Assembly: GCA_030704615.1 (NCBI GenBank)
Contig: CM060731.1
Span: 66,650,001-66,714,000, forward strand
Source: Takakia lepidozioides
Lineage: Eukaryota; Plantae; Bryophyta
Direction: 5' to 3'
DNA: 64,000 bases
Both the position numbers and the translations under genes were made by a program. The stretch's first letter is position 1. The number at the start of each line of letters is the position of its first letter. Positions 11,891 to 25,981 of the stretch are shown one piece after another. Below the pieces are notes generated by a model. The model was given only the letters and a program-made list of their open reading frames with translations, made no database searches and was not told the origin of the DNA.

Positions 11891-14376
11891 TGGGTTTTGA
11901 AACCCAAACCCAGCTGATTTATAAGGTAGAAACATCTTTCATGGCGCACCAAATTCGATAAATGTAATAAGTTATGGACTTTTAATCTATGAGGTCATGT
12001 AATATCTTAACCCCTCGAAGATGAGCCTGTTTTTTGTGGCCTCGTCCAAAACTAGACATACCCTCATGGATGAGGTATATCTCTCATTTGACAAACATCC
12101 CGAGGGATGAAGAGTACGAAAGTGATCCTATCTACTTCATGCACCTCATGTAAAAATCTCCGAAGATTTGACCGTCTAATAGCAATGGGAAGATTATAAC
12201 AAAAATGCTAGGTCAAATTTTGTACCATTCTCCATTTTTATAGTGATAAATTGGTTTGACCAAGCAGATGGCCTACCATTTAGAGTTTTCATTGATACAG
12301 GCTACCCAAATTCGTTTGTATGGCCCTACAACATGTCCACCCAAAATTCCAGAGCCAAATTCCAAAAATTCACAATGGTTGTTTCGTATGGGAAAACAGG
12401 GGGATAAAAATGGCCATTTCTGTCATGGGACCCCCAAATCACCCCGAATGTGTCCCAATTTTTTAGGGAAGCAAAATTCCTCTGGTCATGTTGTTGCTAG
12501 CCTTCGTTATCTTTACACCTAATACTTCAACAGCTGCGATTTCATGAAGTTGTGCGTGACTTCTGTCTGCAACTTGTTTTACGCTGCCTTGGGTTGCGAT
12601 TTGTGGGGTACTAAGGAATCTGTGGGGCCTAAACGCAAAGTGCCAAACATGCTTGAGCCCCCACCTCCTCCACTTGATCAGCTTGTAGCTGTGGCCGAGG
12701 TTATAAGGGCATGGGCGCAGGGGAGCAACATTGCACTCCCGAGCAATGCAAGGTAATCCTCACGTATCTTTGTCCTGATTTCCTCTGTGCTTTGCCTCCA
12801 CCGCCACTTGCCAAACGGTGGCCTCGCCACCTTCATCCTCATAATCTTAGATTCTTGTGGCGTTGTCAAATTGTCTCAGTGTTTGGTTGGAGAGAGAGAA
12901 GACATGAAAGGGAGAAAGAGGGTTTCAAGTAAGGCTATGAATTTGGTTTTGAGAGAGAATACCTAGCCCAATGTCATCAGTTAGGAATCTCAAGCAAATG
13001 GCTCGTGCAAAAAGGTCGGTTCTTGCAAGTACGACAAAGCCCTCACCACACTCCCTATCAATACCTAGAGCTATGGAGGTGAGAGAGGCTCATGGAGGCT
13101 CAACTACAAGAAGATGAGCCTCCTCAACCCTCACACCCATCCATGTCCCAAGTGAGGCTTGACACCTCACGTGGCATATGAGACCAAATGAAGTCCCAAC
13201 AAACAAAATACAAATATAAATATCCAAAATGTTCTAGTTAACTAGAAGTAGGTAATTCTAGGTAACCATGACTAAAACCATGACACAAGAAATTGGTTTT
13301 TTGTCAATATCTGCTTGTAGAAACTTAAAATGGTTTCAATTTTTTTAGGGTAGTGAGTATGAAGAAGAGCTCTAAAGGCAAACACGCCAGAGATTGCGCA
13401 AAACGAAATAGCCAACTCCAGACACCCTGCGCGTCAATAGCCCAAAAGTATGAGCGCACAAAGAATGAAACCAAACAGCTAGCACCCAAGATTTGATCGA
13501 CACAGAAAACAAAACGCAAACTAAAAGCACGATTTCACCATTCCCTGATCATTAGTTGTGAAGACACGAGATGCACAAACAAGAGCGAGAGAGACCAAGT
13601 TCCCGCTCCCGCCACCTCCCCTGCTTCGGCCACCCTTCGCACGTACCGGAAGACCTGCCGCTGTCCGCGGGGGCGTACATGCAGCCCCTGCTGGCACCGT
13701 CACCGGCAAATGCCCACAGCCACCTAGATGCCCTACCACGTGGTGAAGTCAACCTTGCTGGAGGCCCCATACCATCGGATTTTGGGTATCCTATCGGCAC
13801 TCCAAAGATTCATGACGACGGACCTTTAGGTTTTTTTAGGGTGTCATCAACATATCGCGCGGAAAGTTTAATAAGCTACATTTTTCATTTAGAGCTCAAT
13901 TTCTTCATTTGTGGGTTTCTCATCCATGAAATTTCGAGCGAAAACAGGTCGCATCGTCCTTTATGAATTAATAGAAAGCTCTTTAGATAAAAAGCCGTAA
14001 GGTGAAGTGGCTCTTAGTTACGCCGGCTTTGGCCGGAGTCTTCTTTAGATAAGACAAAAAAAAATTAGTTGAAAATTAAATGATATTTTGGCTTTATTTA
14101 AGATTAATAGTCAATGAAGTAGATGATCTCAATGTCAACAGGTAAAGCACCTTGTGCTAATCATGGCTCATCCATATCTTTTCTACCTGGGATGGTAACA
14201 AGAAAAAACCAAAAATACCATTGGAAGGAGTTTAATGTGGCCCATCTTTTCTTAGTTGGAGCAATTTTCATTAGAGGTCATCTACCTACAACAATTTAAG
14301 GGTAAAACAAGTGGCCCATCCCATCGCAATTTTCAGTAAAATTCATCTACCTAAAATGGTGTATTGTGGTTTATTC

Positions 14377-15165
14377 CAGTGTTGGCCGGGTATGGCATCT
14401 GGACATGCATAGCCGGCGGTTATTTGCCGGTTATGCACATATGCACAACCGGAAAGTGTAGCCCCCACAAGAACCGGCTATGGAAGGGAACAGGCAAAAG
14501 CCATCGAGCTTCCTAACCGGCTAGAGAACCAGCATCGTGATTGTAAGGATGTTTTACCCGGAGCAAGATCCGGAGCAAATGTGGATGTCGTAGAGGCGGT
14601 TCTAGATAATACAAGTCATGTAGGGGCTGGTGATGGTAGTTAAGAACATTACAAATGGACAGATCCTGAGGGGAATGTTATGTCTTACTAGTTACAATAC
14701 ATTTACAATGGTTAGGGAGAATGTCCAAGTAGATAGGAAATTAATTAGTTGGGCATTTGGCTAAAATAATAGTTGTAAGCTGTAAGCGTAGGGTATTACA
14801 AGGGCAGAGAGAGATAGATGACTGAACATTTGAAAATCAGATCCACGGGGCAACACACAAGTGGCTTACCATGAGGCCAGAGCCCTCGTGTGTAGTTTTA
14901 CACACATACACAAAAGTCTAGAAAAAGTAAAAAAATATTAATGGATGAATCCCATGACCGGTACCATGGAACCGGCATTTTTTAAGATGACATAACCGGT
15001 AGATTGAGAACCGGACAAAAAAAATTCATGTGTTTAATGAGAACATGTAACCGAGATGTTTTTTAAACCTATTGATATACCCTCCCCGGCCATCCATTTT
15101 TTTCAAAGAGTAGGCTATGACCGGGACCAGAAGAGGGCTCAAAACATGGTACCGGGCCAACACTG
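14377..15165. mobile_element. Non-autonomous hAT-type MITE
   Basis: TIRs CAGTGTTGGCC / GGCCAACACTG, flanked by a perfect 8-bp TSD GTTTATTC (14369-14376, 15166-15173). Internal ACCGG/CCGGT subterminal motifs. Confidence 0.9.
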
Positions 15166-17386
15166 GTTTATTCCTCTTTGGGTAAGCTTACTCGCCTATC
15201 ATGGCGCACCCCATCAATGCTTCTTCCGTTATTGAGGTCGTCTTTGGAAGGATTCCACCACCTCGCGTGCATTTTCCATTTATGAGGCCACACATCCCAG
15301 TTGCCTCCATCTTTGTTTGACATGCTCCAAAAAGGGGATATTTTCTTGCCCATGGACGTACTTTGGAGGGCCACTATAGGGCACATGCGCCATGAAGGGT
15401 GCTTCTACCCTAGGGGGATATCAGTCTATGCACTTTTTTGAAATATCCAGACTTCATCCAGGAACGTGGGCACGAATTTCTTACAACATTCATTCTCAGG
15501 GTTCAAAGTGTCCACCTTCCAAAGGCAGTGTCCACCTTCCAAGAGGCACTGTAATTTCTTGGGCTCTTTTGACTGTCTATTTATCGTACCCATGATCTCT
15601 AGGTATTAGATTATTGGAATCCCCGTCGTCATGAAGAGCTCTTTCGGTGAAGCGGCGAAATGCCATTGCTTATGAGGATGAGTGCTAAATTTGCACTCAG
15701 AGCTCCCTCCCACTTGGGAGATGCCTGAAGGCTGAGAGCCTGAGACCAACGTCCGGGGAGAACCGGCAGCCAGTTACATGCTAGCCGACTGAATTCCAGA
15801 ATTTCCGAATGAAATATGAAACCTCAGGAAATGGATCCGAGGGAAAAAATGGCCGAAGTGGAAATCAACCGGGTGCCCTACTTTTAGGAAGGATATTTGC
15901 CTTTCCATTTCATTACAGACAGGAAATCTGCCTTAGTTGGCAAGGCCTGGACGGATTCCGGCCCTTCTTATATTACAAAAAATGGAAATGGCCGTCGAAG
16001 TCCACCACATGGCAGAAATCCAACGTGCCAGGCCGGGTTACATCCAAGGAAGGGCGTTTAGGTGAAAAAATATTGAACTCAAAGAGGGCGGGCCCGCGGG
16101 CAAACCCTACTAAGTCTGGACGTTGCTCTCGCAGCCCCAGCCCCACGCCTGCTTGCACTCGCTGCCTGCTATCACAGCTCACCTGTCCACGCTGGTTCAA
16201 TTCTTGGCCTCCATGTGGTTTGAAGGCATTGACAGGTCCAACTTCTATAAGGATACAATGTTCTTCACTTGTTTGAATTGCTTAAAATTGGTTGTGATTA
16301 TTTATTATTATTATTATTTACTTATTGTTGTGCATTTGACACTTGTGTTGTCAACCGGTTGATATTTATAAGGGCCGGATTTATAGCTGAACACAAAATA
16401 AATCATTAGGAATATTACCAGTTGTAAAGAAATTATCTCGGAAATTGACCGGGTATAGTTACCACTAAGGGGCAGCAACCGACTGCCCAACCCACTTAGC
16501 CGATTGCTGCTGGGAATGAGCGGCTACTGGCTGGTTCAACTGAAATTATTTCCCGGACGCTGCCTGAGACGGTGGCAGGCCCATTCGGCGTCAGGAGAGG
16601 ACTTGATGAACACTGACACAAATATCATAGGGCTTAGCGTCCATGCCAGGCTTGGCGTCATGGGAACGGAATGGGCAAGCCCAGCCTGCCAGCACGTAAG
16701 TACCAGTGAAGCCAGATTGCCGCCACTGCGAGATTGCTCCACTAGGCTCCAATACGCGAATCTGCTTTTTGAAGTAAGAGGATCTGCGGTCAGAGCTTCT
16801 CACTGAATGCTGTTGCTGGAAAAGATATGTAGTAAGCTTTGAGAGTGTACTCTAAGCTTTGAGAGTGTACTCTCAGGAGGAAGTTGCAGTAAGGTGGGCC
16901 AACACAGCTTCCCCTCCAAAACTACACCATCTGCACAGAAAAGGTCCTTGCTTTCTTGTTTACTCACGGGTACTGTAAGCTGTACTATGTACCATTGGAA
17001 CCTTAGAAGAGTTTATTTCTTGTGAGCTGCAAGTTAATCATTCTCAAATCACGTCGCTCTTTCCCCAATAAGAGGTTGACAGTCTTGAATCTCGTGCCGC
17101 TTAGTTGCTCTTCCTTCTCTTTTTCTAGAATAGTTTTATGCTAAGTTTAGCGGTCTAAATAATCGGACGGGATGAGGCACATTGTGTATTCAATGTTAAA
17201 ATTTCATTACTCTGCAAGTCCTTGCATCGATGACTTGAGGTCTGCCTCTACACCTGTCCCTTCGACTGTGCCAGCTGCAGACAAATCAGCCTCTCTTTCA
17301 CTCTCTCTCTCTGTCTACTGTAGCAAGCAAGCCTTTCTTCGCGCACTACCTACCTAAACGGCGCCGCAGCTTACGTGCATCGCATG

Positions 17387-17394
17387 TATAAATA
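17387..17394 (+). promoter_or_regulatory. Putative TATA box upstream of the KCS pseudogene
   Basis: TATAAATA followed by a CT-rich leader-like tract (17400-17490). Confidence 0.35.
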
Positions 17395-18336
17395 TACTGC
17401 ATGGCTTCTCAACTCAACACCTGTCCCGATCCGCTTTGCACCTCCCTCTCTCCTCCTCGTCACCCTCGCCTCTCTCAGATACTGCCTCTTATCCCTCTAG
17501 ATGCGCTGATCTCTGGGTGGTGATGGATGTCTGTCGCTTGTTTGGATCTCCTCCCTGCTTACGCGTGTGATTGCATATAAGGCGGCCGAGTTTCGTTCTT
17601 CTGGGTGTTGTGGCTTTGGTGTAATCCTCTGAGACATCGAGAAACCACTTTAGTTGCTTGCACTTTGGAGGAATGGTCCCCAAAGATGAAGAGTAGACCT
17701 AAGGAAGGGGATTCGGTTGCTTCTCTGTTGTGTTGCTACTTGTCAGCTTTAAATACATTTCTCTCGCTCAGATTGTTTTTCTGTTGGGTGGGACGGTTTT
17801 TTCTGTAGCAGTTAAGATGCAAGGCATCTATGACTCGGGGAGCTGCCCTCAGTTCAATAGTGGCCGATGGGAGGTTTGCACAGCTGCCGACTCATGCATC
17901 CGACTACCCTATCAATGTCGAGACTTGATTGGGTGGTCGCGTGTCTGATGCGGGAGCCGACCTTTCTTCTTCTTGGCTTCCCTTGGACTGAAGGGAGCTC
18001 CCCTGTTTATTAGTTTGCACTTTACACTCGCGACAGCGGATGTGTTCAATATCCTTATAATTATTTAACTAACTTGCAAAGCAGATCGAAGTTTGCTGAA
18101 AGGGTATTCGTGAAAGCTTCCAGCAGTAGTGCTAAATATTTGTCAACTCTCCAAAATATATTGTAATGTGGTTCAAAGAATTTAACTCAGCACTACCGAG
18201 AGACGTTCCAATAATACATGGCACCTGTTTGCTGCTGACAAGTTCTCTCCTTACTCAGTGGGCAAGCCAGACTTGAGTGGAAGAAATGTATGTTGATTCC
18301 TGATCAGTACAGTTGTCTTATATTGTCTTGTTCCAG

Positions 18337-19370
18337 TTTCATGGAAACTCATGCAATCTCGTGAGTATGGAGAACATCACCCTGATTTGGAACTTCGGCA
18401 ACAACAGGTCAATGCTCTTATGAAACTGCATCTTCTCATGGGGGGAGCGGCTATTCTTCTCTCGAATTGTAAGAGCGAGGGCCGGTGGGCAAAGTAACTG
18501 CTGTACACCCTCAACGAAAACATTTTTCAGTAGACTTGGCGTTCTCATGCAGAGCAGATTGATAAGGGCCTGCAGCTCGATCGCAGGTGTTCAATGTCAC
18601 CAAATCATTCATGTAAGAACTCTCATAATTATAAAGCTCTCCGTGGCACCATGTTCATTTTCAAGGAGTTCTAATCTTATTCAGTAATTTGCATGTCATG
18701 GGGCGTGTTATGGAGCTCCGGCAACCAACTTAAGGGTTGTGCCACGGTTTTGTCTAGGTCTCTCTGAACCCCTGATTTGTCACTAGTAAGGTCGGTGTGA
18801 TCCTTCCAGCAAAATTTTCTAGGTAACTTCTATAACGTGAGGATCCCCCTCTGCAAACCTTCTGCGCCAGGGTTCACAGAATCAAAATGTTCATATCGCC
18901 CAGTGAAGTCTCATACTCCGGTCCAATACTTCGTCCTTATATTCGAGTACCACAGATCCTCTATGACGCTCTACAGCCGCCTTTTTGCTTATAATCTCCA
19001 CGGAATCTGCAATACAAAGTTAAGATTCCCTCTGAAGCAGATCCTTACATCATCATGTAAGCACCAACTGTCCACTGATCATTTCGTTAATTTCCAGGCT
19101 GGAAGGAAGGTACATTTCCTACTAATGCACATACTGACTGAACTCGGGCAAAGTTTCAGTGCAGGGACAGTCCAACCAGCGCGTGCACTTCATGGCTTTC
19201 AAGTTTCGGGAAAGAGGAACAATCCCCGGCAACATATCCATTAGCTCGCGTTGGTATGAGCTGGAGAACAGTGTCTGGCAAGTTGCATGTGGATGAGGAT
19301 TCACCTGCAATAGTGCGGTGTGGAAGGTTCTCAAATCTGCGAACACTCCTTTGAAGATGCAGTGCCACTG
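18337..19370 (+). pseudogene. Decayed KCS paralog, inverted relative to the intact KCS
   Basis: After a TTCCAG acceptor: [32 protein letters not shown] (cf. KCS exon 3 [34 protein letters not shown]). At 19228: [40 protein letters not shown] (cf. exon 4). Stops, frameshift and deletions. Confidence 0.85.
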
Positions 19371-19756
19371 CAGGAAAAACGGCCATGTTACTCCGAGCAG
19401 AGGCCCAGCAAACAATCTTGGCAGATCGTAAAAGGGAAAACTTGATCATAGGAAAAGGAAATAATGGTACAATTAATAGAATACGAGTTCTGACTATTTG
19501 AAAATGGAATTTTTTTTTGAGTTCATAAGGAATAATCATGGACTGGTGTACAATTGCAGACACGTGATGGAAATGAGATGCTCATGGGAGGTATTCCTGA
19601 GTTATTCCCGAGTTCTGACTTGTGACCTGCATGTATTCCTATGTGTTCTGACGTTCTGACCTGCAAGTGCTCTTTGCGGGCCCATCATGACCTGCTACAG
19701 GTGGTTGGATAAAGTTATAGATGTTGACATCCACAGCTTGCTTACCAAGCGGTCTC

Positions 19757-19950
19757 GTGTACCATGTCACACTAAAGTCCAAAATTATATCCCGGCTGCT
19801 GAGCTGCACATGATCGTAGAAATGCTCAAGGATTTCCAGCTAAGCACCAGACGAACTTTTTGTACCATGTCACGCAAAGTCCAAATTTGTAACCCTGCTG
19901 TTCAGCTCCACACGATCGTAGAAATGCTCAAGCATTTCCAGCTAAGCACT
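19757..19950. repeat. Two-copy ~104-bp tandem duplication
   Basis: TGTACCATGTCAC...GATCGTAGAAATGCTCAAG..TTTCCAGCTAAGCAC occurs twice. Confidence 0.8.
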
Positions 19951-20229
19951 CGGCAAACTCTTAAATTGACGGTTCCGGCTTGAAGCAAAAGTAGAAAAAA
20001 GTAGTCCCTGTGCAACACTGCTTATGAAAAGTTTAGTGGTACAACTACAGTAGTATACGGAGAGTTTGCAAACTCCAGCCTCCAACCAACAACAAGTGGC
20101 AGAACAGATGAGATATGTATACACCTAAGCTGCGAAACTAGCGAAACCAGCCATCGGCGGCAACCTGCTTATTCAAAATCGTCCACGTGTCCAAATGTTA
20201 GTAGACTCCAACACTCCCACTCATCAGGG

Positions 20230-20328
20230 AATAGGCAATGATAATCTTCATAACACTACACTAAATCTCCCACTTCATGAATAGGCAATGATAATCTTCA
20301 TAACACTACACTAAATCTCCCACTTCAT
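20230..20328. repeat. Two-copy ~50-bp perfect tandem duplication
   Basis: AATAGGCAATGATAATCTTCATAACACTACACTAAATCTCCCACTTCAT x2. Confidence 0.9.
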
Positions 20329-21777
20329 TGATGGGCATGGATTGAAGCATATGGAGTAAGCTTCTGAAATGAAGTAACGTCTCGGCTAGGAGAACTAAGA
20401 TCCTCCAATAAGTGTCGATACCACACAATTTATTTTGGCAGTTAGACATAAATAAATATATCACTAAGCCAGTGAGCATTGCATTTGTTAGTTACTGCAG
20501 GTGACTACGCTGAACGAATCACAAGCGACGGAGTCACCAAGAGCGACAACTACATGCTACTGCCACCTCACCATTGTTTTTCCGCTTTCATATAAGTGTC
20601 CATACATGTAGTAATGGATGATATCCACTAAGAAGTGCTGCAGGTCAACAACTGGAGCAGCATGAGCAGCAGGAGGCCTGGCAGGCGCTAGGATTGAAGC
20701 TAGAACTTCAAGTGCGTTTTGGACTTTATTACTATTATTATTATTTGTAAGGTCGACTGACCTCACCACACCAACGGTGCCAAATAAAGGTGTGCATTTG
20801 GCCCATGGCCCACATAGTTGTATGCATAAATATTGATCACATAAAGGGGAAAGGGGTAAAGGGGTATGCAGCTTAGTATTTCGGAGCTCCAGACTTTTGG
20901 CTCCGATGGCTCCGCAGACTCCAGCGACACCCGAGAAATGTGAAATGTACCTGCACTTTTGCGTCTCTCAGTTGTGTGCATCGGAACCAAGCTCGGTCAT
21001 TAGTAGTGTCATCGTCACCCTCCACCACCTTCCATCAGCTCCTTCACTGTACGTTGCAATATCTGGATGTCTAAGGTATTAAGCACTCATGAGTGAGTTA
21101 TGTAGCAAAGGTTTATTTTGAATAGAACTGAACAGTCGGGGACTTGAGAGATGAGGGAAATCAATAGTGAGACAAACTCAAGAGTTGGGTGGAAGGAATG
21201 CCGGGGATGCCACTTCCAGCCATGGACCACTCTCTGCCCTTGTCCCCTCTATCTTTCCAATTCTTTGTCTCGGTTTGTTTGGAGGGATGTTGATATTTCT
21301 TGCCATGGAAGATGCGGGTCTGCCATGAGACCCTTCCACCCCGGACAAGTTGGCGCTTGGGTTGAAGGTTGTGAAAGAGGTGCACAACATGGGAATATTG
21401 CACCACGACCTTGGGCTGCAGCAAAGGTTGCAAAGGTTGATTCCTCCATGGCAGTGGGGGCTCCCAATGCTTCAGGCTTGATCAACGAGGAATATGAACC
21501 GCTGGAAGAGGAGTTCATCAACTTGGTATGCGGGAAGAAACTCATTCTAGCGACCACGGAAGGTTGGAGACTAGTTTAGCGTAGAGCAGGAATAGGGTGC
21601 CACAGTGCCACGTCATCTTCGCCACGTCATCATAAACACGTCATCATCGTCACGCCACGTCGTCATCGTCAACCACGTCGGTCCTAACGTTCTGATGACC
21701 CTGGTTTCTCGCAAATGAGCATCGAATTGGAGGGCGTCTCGATAGAAACAGAGAAGGAGTACCTGCAATGATTGATG

Positions 21778-21927
21778 CAGGTAGCCCAGTGGTTGGGTGT
21801 TTGTGCCTTGCCTGTGCATAACCTAGGTGATACTGGGTTCAATCCTTCAACATGTTCCTTCAAACTGTCCATTGGGCCTTGGCCTGTGTGTTGAGCAGTA
21901 GGCTCTGTAAATTCACTGGACGTTAAA
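21778..21927 (+). mobile_element. tRNA-derived SINE-like dispersed repeat
   Basis: A-box-like TAGCCCAGTGG and B-box-like GGTTCAATCC. A close copy lies at 33151-33304. Confidence 0.6.
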
Positions 21928-22824
21928 GAAACTTTAGGATGCAAAATAGTAAGATGAAAAATTGACATCTTACATTCTTGAACATGGCAGGGCATGTCTT
22001 CACATGCAGAATTCGATGATGAGGCCCTGCCCGATGGAGAGCAAACAGATCAAATGGAGATTGCACGAAGGCTGAGTTTGTGACATGCAGTGCCTATAGA
22101 ACTAGTGAATATTTGCCCATATGCACTGATGGAAGATGATGGGCGCAGCTGATTGCATGGCCCTGCACAGCCATTAGATCCAAAATGTCCACAGACCAGC
22201 GGCTCCCCTTGCATCAGTACGTACCCAGCAACTATTGCTTGCAGCATGCAGGACCGTTTAGTTGTTGGAGGCTGTGCATGGTGGTAACCGTAGAAATTAT
22301 AACTGTCACGTTCAGACTTCAGACGTCATTTTGGGTGAAAGAAACCTGGAAAAGATAGGCTCAAATGATATCTCAAGAACTCCTTCCTTGCACATGTTCA
22401 TATCCAGGAATCACAGGGGACCCATACTCTCTTCTGGAGCCCAGATTATCAACTTCTACTCCGATGTAGCATTTAGTTGTGAGAGAAAACTATTATGACG
22501 ATGAGAACAGACATCCAAATACCCACTTATGCATTCCATTATAACCCATCCACATAATCTTGTGTAAATAATAGTCTGTTTGCATGGATAAACAATGTAG
22601 ATTTCAACACTGGATCTACAGTAAGGATTACTACTTATTTGTCATATAGACTGTTTTGTGCTTGTTGTAGCCCTATCATAATGAACTGCACTAGTTTCCA
22701 GCAGGCCTGCAGAGACATGTTGACCAAAGGGAGAGATATCTTGTGATGAACCCCTGTGACATATTTGAGCAGGAAGGGGATGAATTAGCACCGAAAATGG
22801 GTAGGAGCATACAGAATTACTTTG

Positions 22825-25800
22825 TCAGTGACTCAAAAAGCCAGGGACCCGCACAGGGTATTTGTCAACGCAATCCAACCAGGGATTCTTTGAAGGAGTG
22901 TTCACAGTTCGGAGAGCCCTCCACACAGCACTATTGCATTTGAAGCCTGATCCAAATGCAATTTGCCAGACACGATCACCCCTTCTCACGCGCCCCTTAG
23001 CCTCTGTGTACGCCAGTTCATACCAAAGCGAGCTACTGGATGTGTTTCCAAACCTGTTCACCCACAGGTAGAGGGAAAATACTCTGCATCAAACATGCTC
23101 CTCATATCCTACAAACTCATTTCAGTTCCTATGCTACATCTCCCAGCAGCTTGCCCACAGGTGCAGGGGACATACTCAACATCAAACATGCTCCTCATAA
23201 CAAACTCAATCTTTGTGCCATGGGGTCAAATCTTGACCCCATAGCACAATCTTGAAAGCATGTAAAAACCCAAAATCCTACATCAGTTAATAGAAGTAAA
23301 CTTTCATGGCCAGCTAGGGAATCCCCTTGCAAAGTCCACAACTTGTATGATCGGGACTCCACTTAGCAGTAGATACTTATTGAGCATGCATACATCATCA
23401 TATTTTGTTAAAGCATTCTTTTACCTTTGAAGGGTCATTCGGGAAGGCTCCATGTGCCATGAGGTCAAATCCAGGTTTTTCTCCAATTCGTCTAAAACTG
23501 CTCGCCCTCCAGCATGGATACAGAAATGCTCAAACGCAAGCTTGAAATCTGGGATGTAGGGCTTCATTTTCATCTTCAGCAATTTTCGCCCAACAAGCGA
23601 AGCGAAGAAAAGAATTTGTTCTGAGAGGGGGAGAACAAGAGGGCCTAGCGTGGTGATGTTTGCTTTGAGGGCGTCCCCGGCTACTCCCATGAGATTTTTT
23701 GAGAGAGCAACTCCAACATTTGAATATTCATCCTCTTCTTGGTATACACATCGGAAACATTTATCATCGGCTCCCTTGTGTGTCCGCACTGTGTGTACAA
23801 GCTGATACTTTGCCCGCCAGCCTTCGCACTGACGATTTGAGAGAAGAACAGCTGCTCCCCCCATGCGAAAAATGCAGTTTGACAAGAGCATTGATCTGTT
23901 GTTGCCGAAGTACCAATTGAGGGTTATGTTTTCCATACTCACCACAATTGCATATGAGTTTCCATGAACCTGGAGCAAGAAAACACAAGACAGCTGTGGT
24001 CAGAAATCTTTAAAGTTCAGAGGAAAATACAAGTCCACTCAAGTCTGGTTTGCCACTAAGTAAAACAGAGTTGGCAGCAGCAAGCAGGTGACATTCAAGA
24101 TTGAAATCCAGTAGTGATGAGACAAAATTCTTTGAACCACGAATTACAACTGGTAATTTTCCAAGCATTAGCACTGTTGAAGAAGTCACTAAACACCCTA
24201 TGGTCCAATGGCCCAATTAGACTAACTTGCTAATCTAACTTGCTGACTTGGGCAGCCAACATTTGCTTAGCTGGGCCTCAATATGACCCATGTTTGATGT
24301 ATGAGCCTGCCAAAGCCTTGGTTGTATGGATCCCAACTCCAGCCTACGAAGCTCAGCTATGCATGAAGTCAAAACTTGTCAGGGACAGTTCCTCTCCATG
24401 CAAGAGAGATCACCTTCAAACTGAAAAGCTAGCTCTAGGCAGAGGACCGTCCTCAGCAATAGACTATAAAATGTTGGAGTTAACGAGCACGATATAAATC
24501 TACATAAAGGTGTAAGGTAAGATAGAAACTTGAAACTTAGGAATAAGCGACACTCTTTCAGGCCAGTATGCTACAGACTGGAGACACAGGGAGAGTAAAA
24601 CAAAAATTGGCAGAAGAATCCCACACTTGTCACTGGTAGGTCGGTAGAGAAATCCGGTTTAGATACTGCCCTCTGAACATATTGAGTGGAGGCATGTCCT
24701 GATCTATGGCACATCTTAATACAAACTGTGCTGCTGTCATTAACACCGAGAATTAAAACCCTACCGATATCTGACTCCAGTGCACTGAGAGTTGAAGAGT
24801 TCTGCACATACAGACCTGAAGAAGATCTCGTGCTAGGTCAATAGAGATAACGCCTGCGCTACAACCCATGCCCCCCAAATTGATTGTCCGAATATTTCCC
24901 CGCATTTTGTAGTGATTGACAATCATGGCCGAGAGTGACGGGGTGGGGTTGAACAAGCTGCAGTTGACAACAAGAATCCCAACATCCTTTGGTTTGACAC
25001 CCGTCTTTTCAAAGAGCTCATCAAGGGCTCCAAACATAACCAACTCTGCCTCATGTCTAGCCTCCTTCATGCTGGGCTGCCCCTTTATCACAGGCGGGTC
25101 ATTGATTATAGACTCCGGGAGGTATGTTTCGTCACCCAACCCTGACCGTTCCGCGATCTTAGTCTGGAATGCCATGCTGGTGTCATTGAAGGCTGTAGTC
25201 AACACTGATGCCTGCAAGAATTTTTCGTTCGAGCACTTCCTATCGTCCCCCGGTTTGAAGCACGCAAAGTCCACAAGGTAGACAGGGCGGGGTCGAGACA
25301 TGAAATAGAAAGTGCCCCCACATACCATCACTCCGGAACATACTAGCACACTCACCTACAAAAGCATATGGCAGGCCCGGAGATGCGTCAGTCTTAGACC
25401 CAGTCACTTATACTGGTTTGAACACTAGAGTAGAACTGCAGATGTAATTGAGCAATGAGCATCATGCGTAAAGTCTCTCTTTCGCTCTCTCTCCCTCACA
25501 TTGTATACACTCTCTAGAAAGAGAAGGAGAGAAGGGCGGACAGTGGGGGCCTTAATTTTGATCAGACATAGGTATATGGAAGGGGAAAAAAGTTGTCCCA
25601 ATGCTGTTAATTTTATGGTGCTGAAAGATGATATCAAAAGATCAGCGATGTGGCTATCAGCTTAAAAGACCCAGGTACAATGGAAATTACCAGACTGAAC
25701 TGGAGACTCTCCCATAGCTGACCGATGTCCTGTTGCCCGAGCCGCCCAATCTCAGCTGTGGTGAGGAGCAATAGTGGAATCAACAATAGAATCATGGCGT

Positions 25801-25981
25801 GCGAGATGACATAGTGGTAGCCGAGCTTCACGTACTTCAAATTGACTGTATTGAGAATGTCTGGCAACCTTATCGCCATGGGGCCTGCTGGAGAATACGT
25901 TCCAGCGGCTCTCGCACCTTCCTTTACGGAGCCTGTGGGTTGAAAAGATGGAAAAGGAGCAGTACCATTCTGGTTCGCCAT
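22825..25981 (-). CDS. KCS: 3-ketoacyl-CoA synthase (very-long-chain fatty acid elongase condensing enzyme), ~534 aa, 4 exons
   Basis: Exons 25981-25691, 25355-24816, 23969-23425, 23053-22825 join in frame (1605 nt) with GT-AG introns. Motifs [18 protein letters not shown] (catalytic Cys), FCIHAGGRA (His), FGNTSSSS (Asn), [16 protein letters not shown]. Confidence 0.97.

Noticed and set aside
11063-13075. Paired LTRs suggested by a ~40-bp repeat ACAAAGCCCTCACCACACTCC at 11063 and 13034
   Set aside because: The similarity is too short, and no TG..CA ends, PBS/PPT or internal pol were seen.
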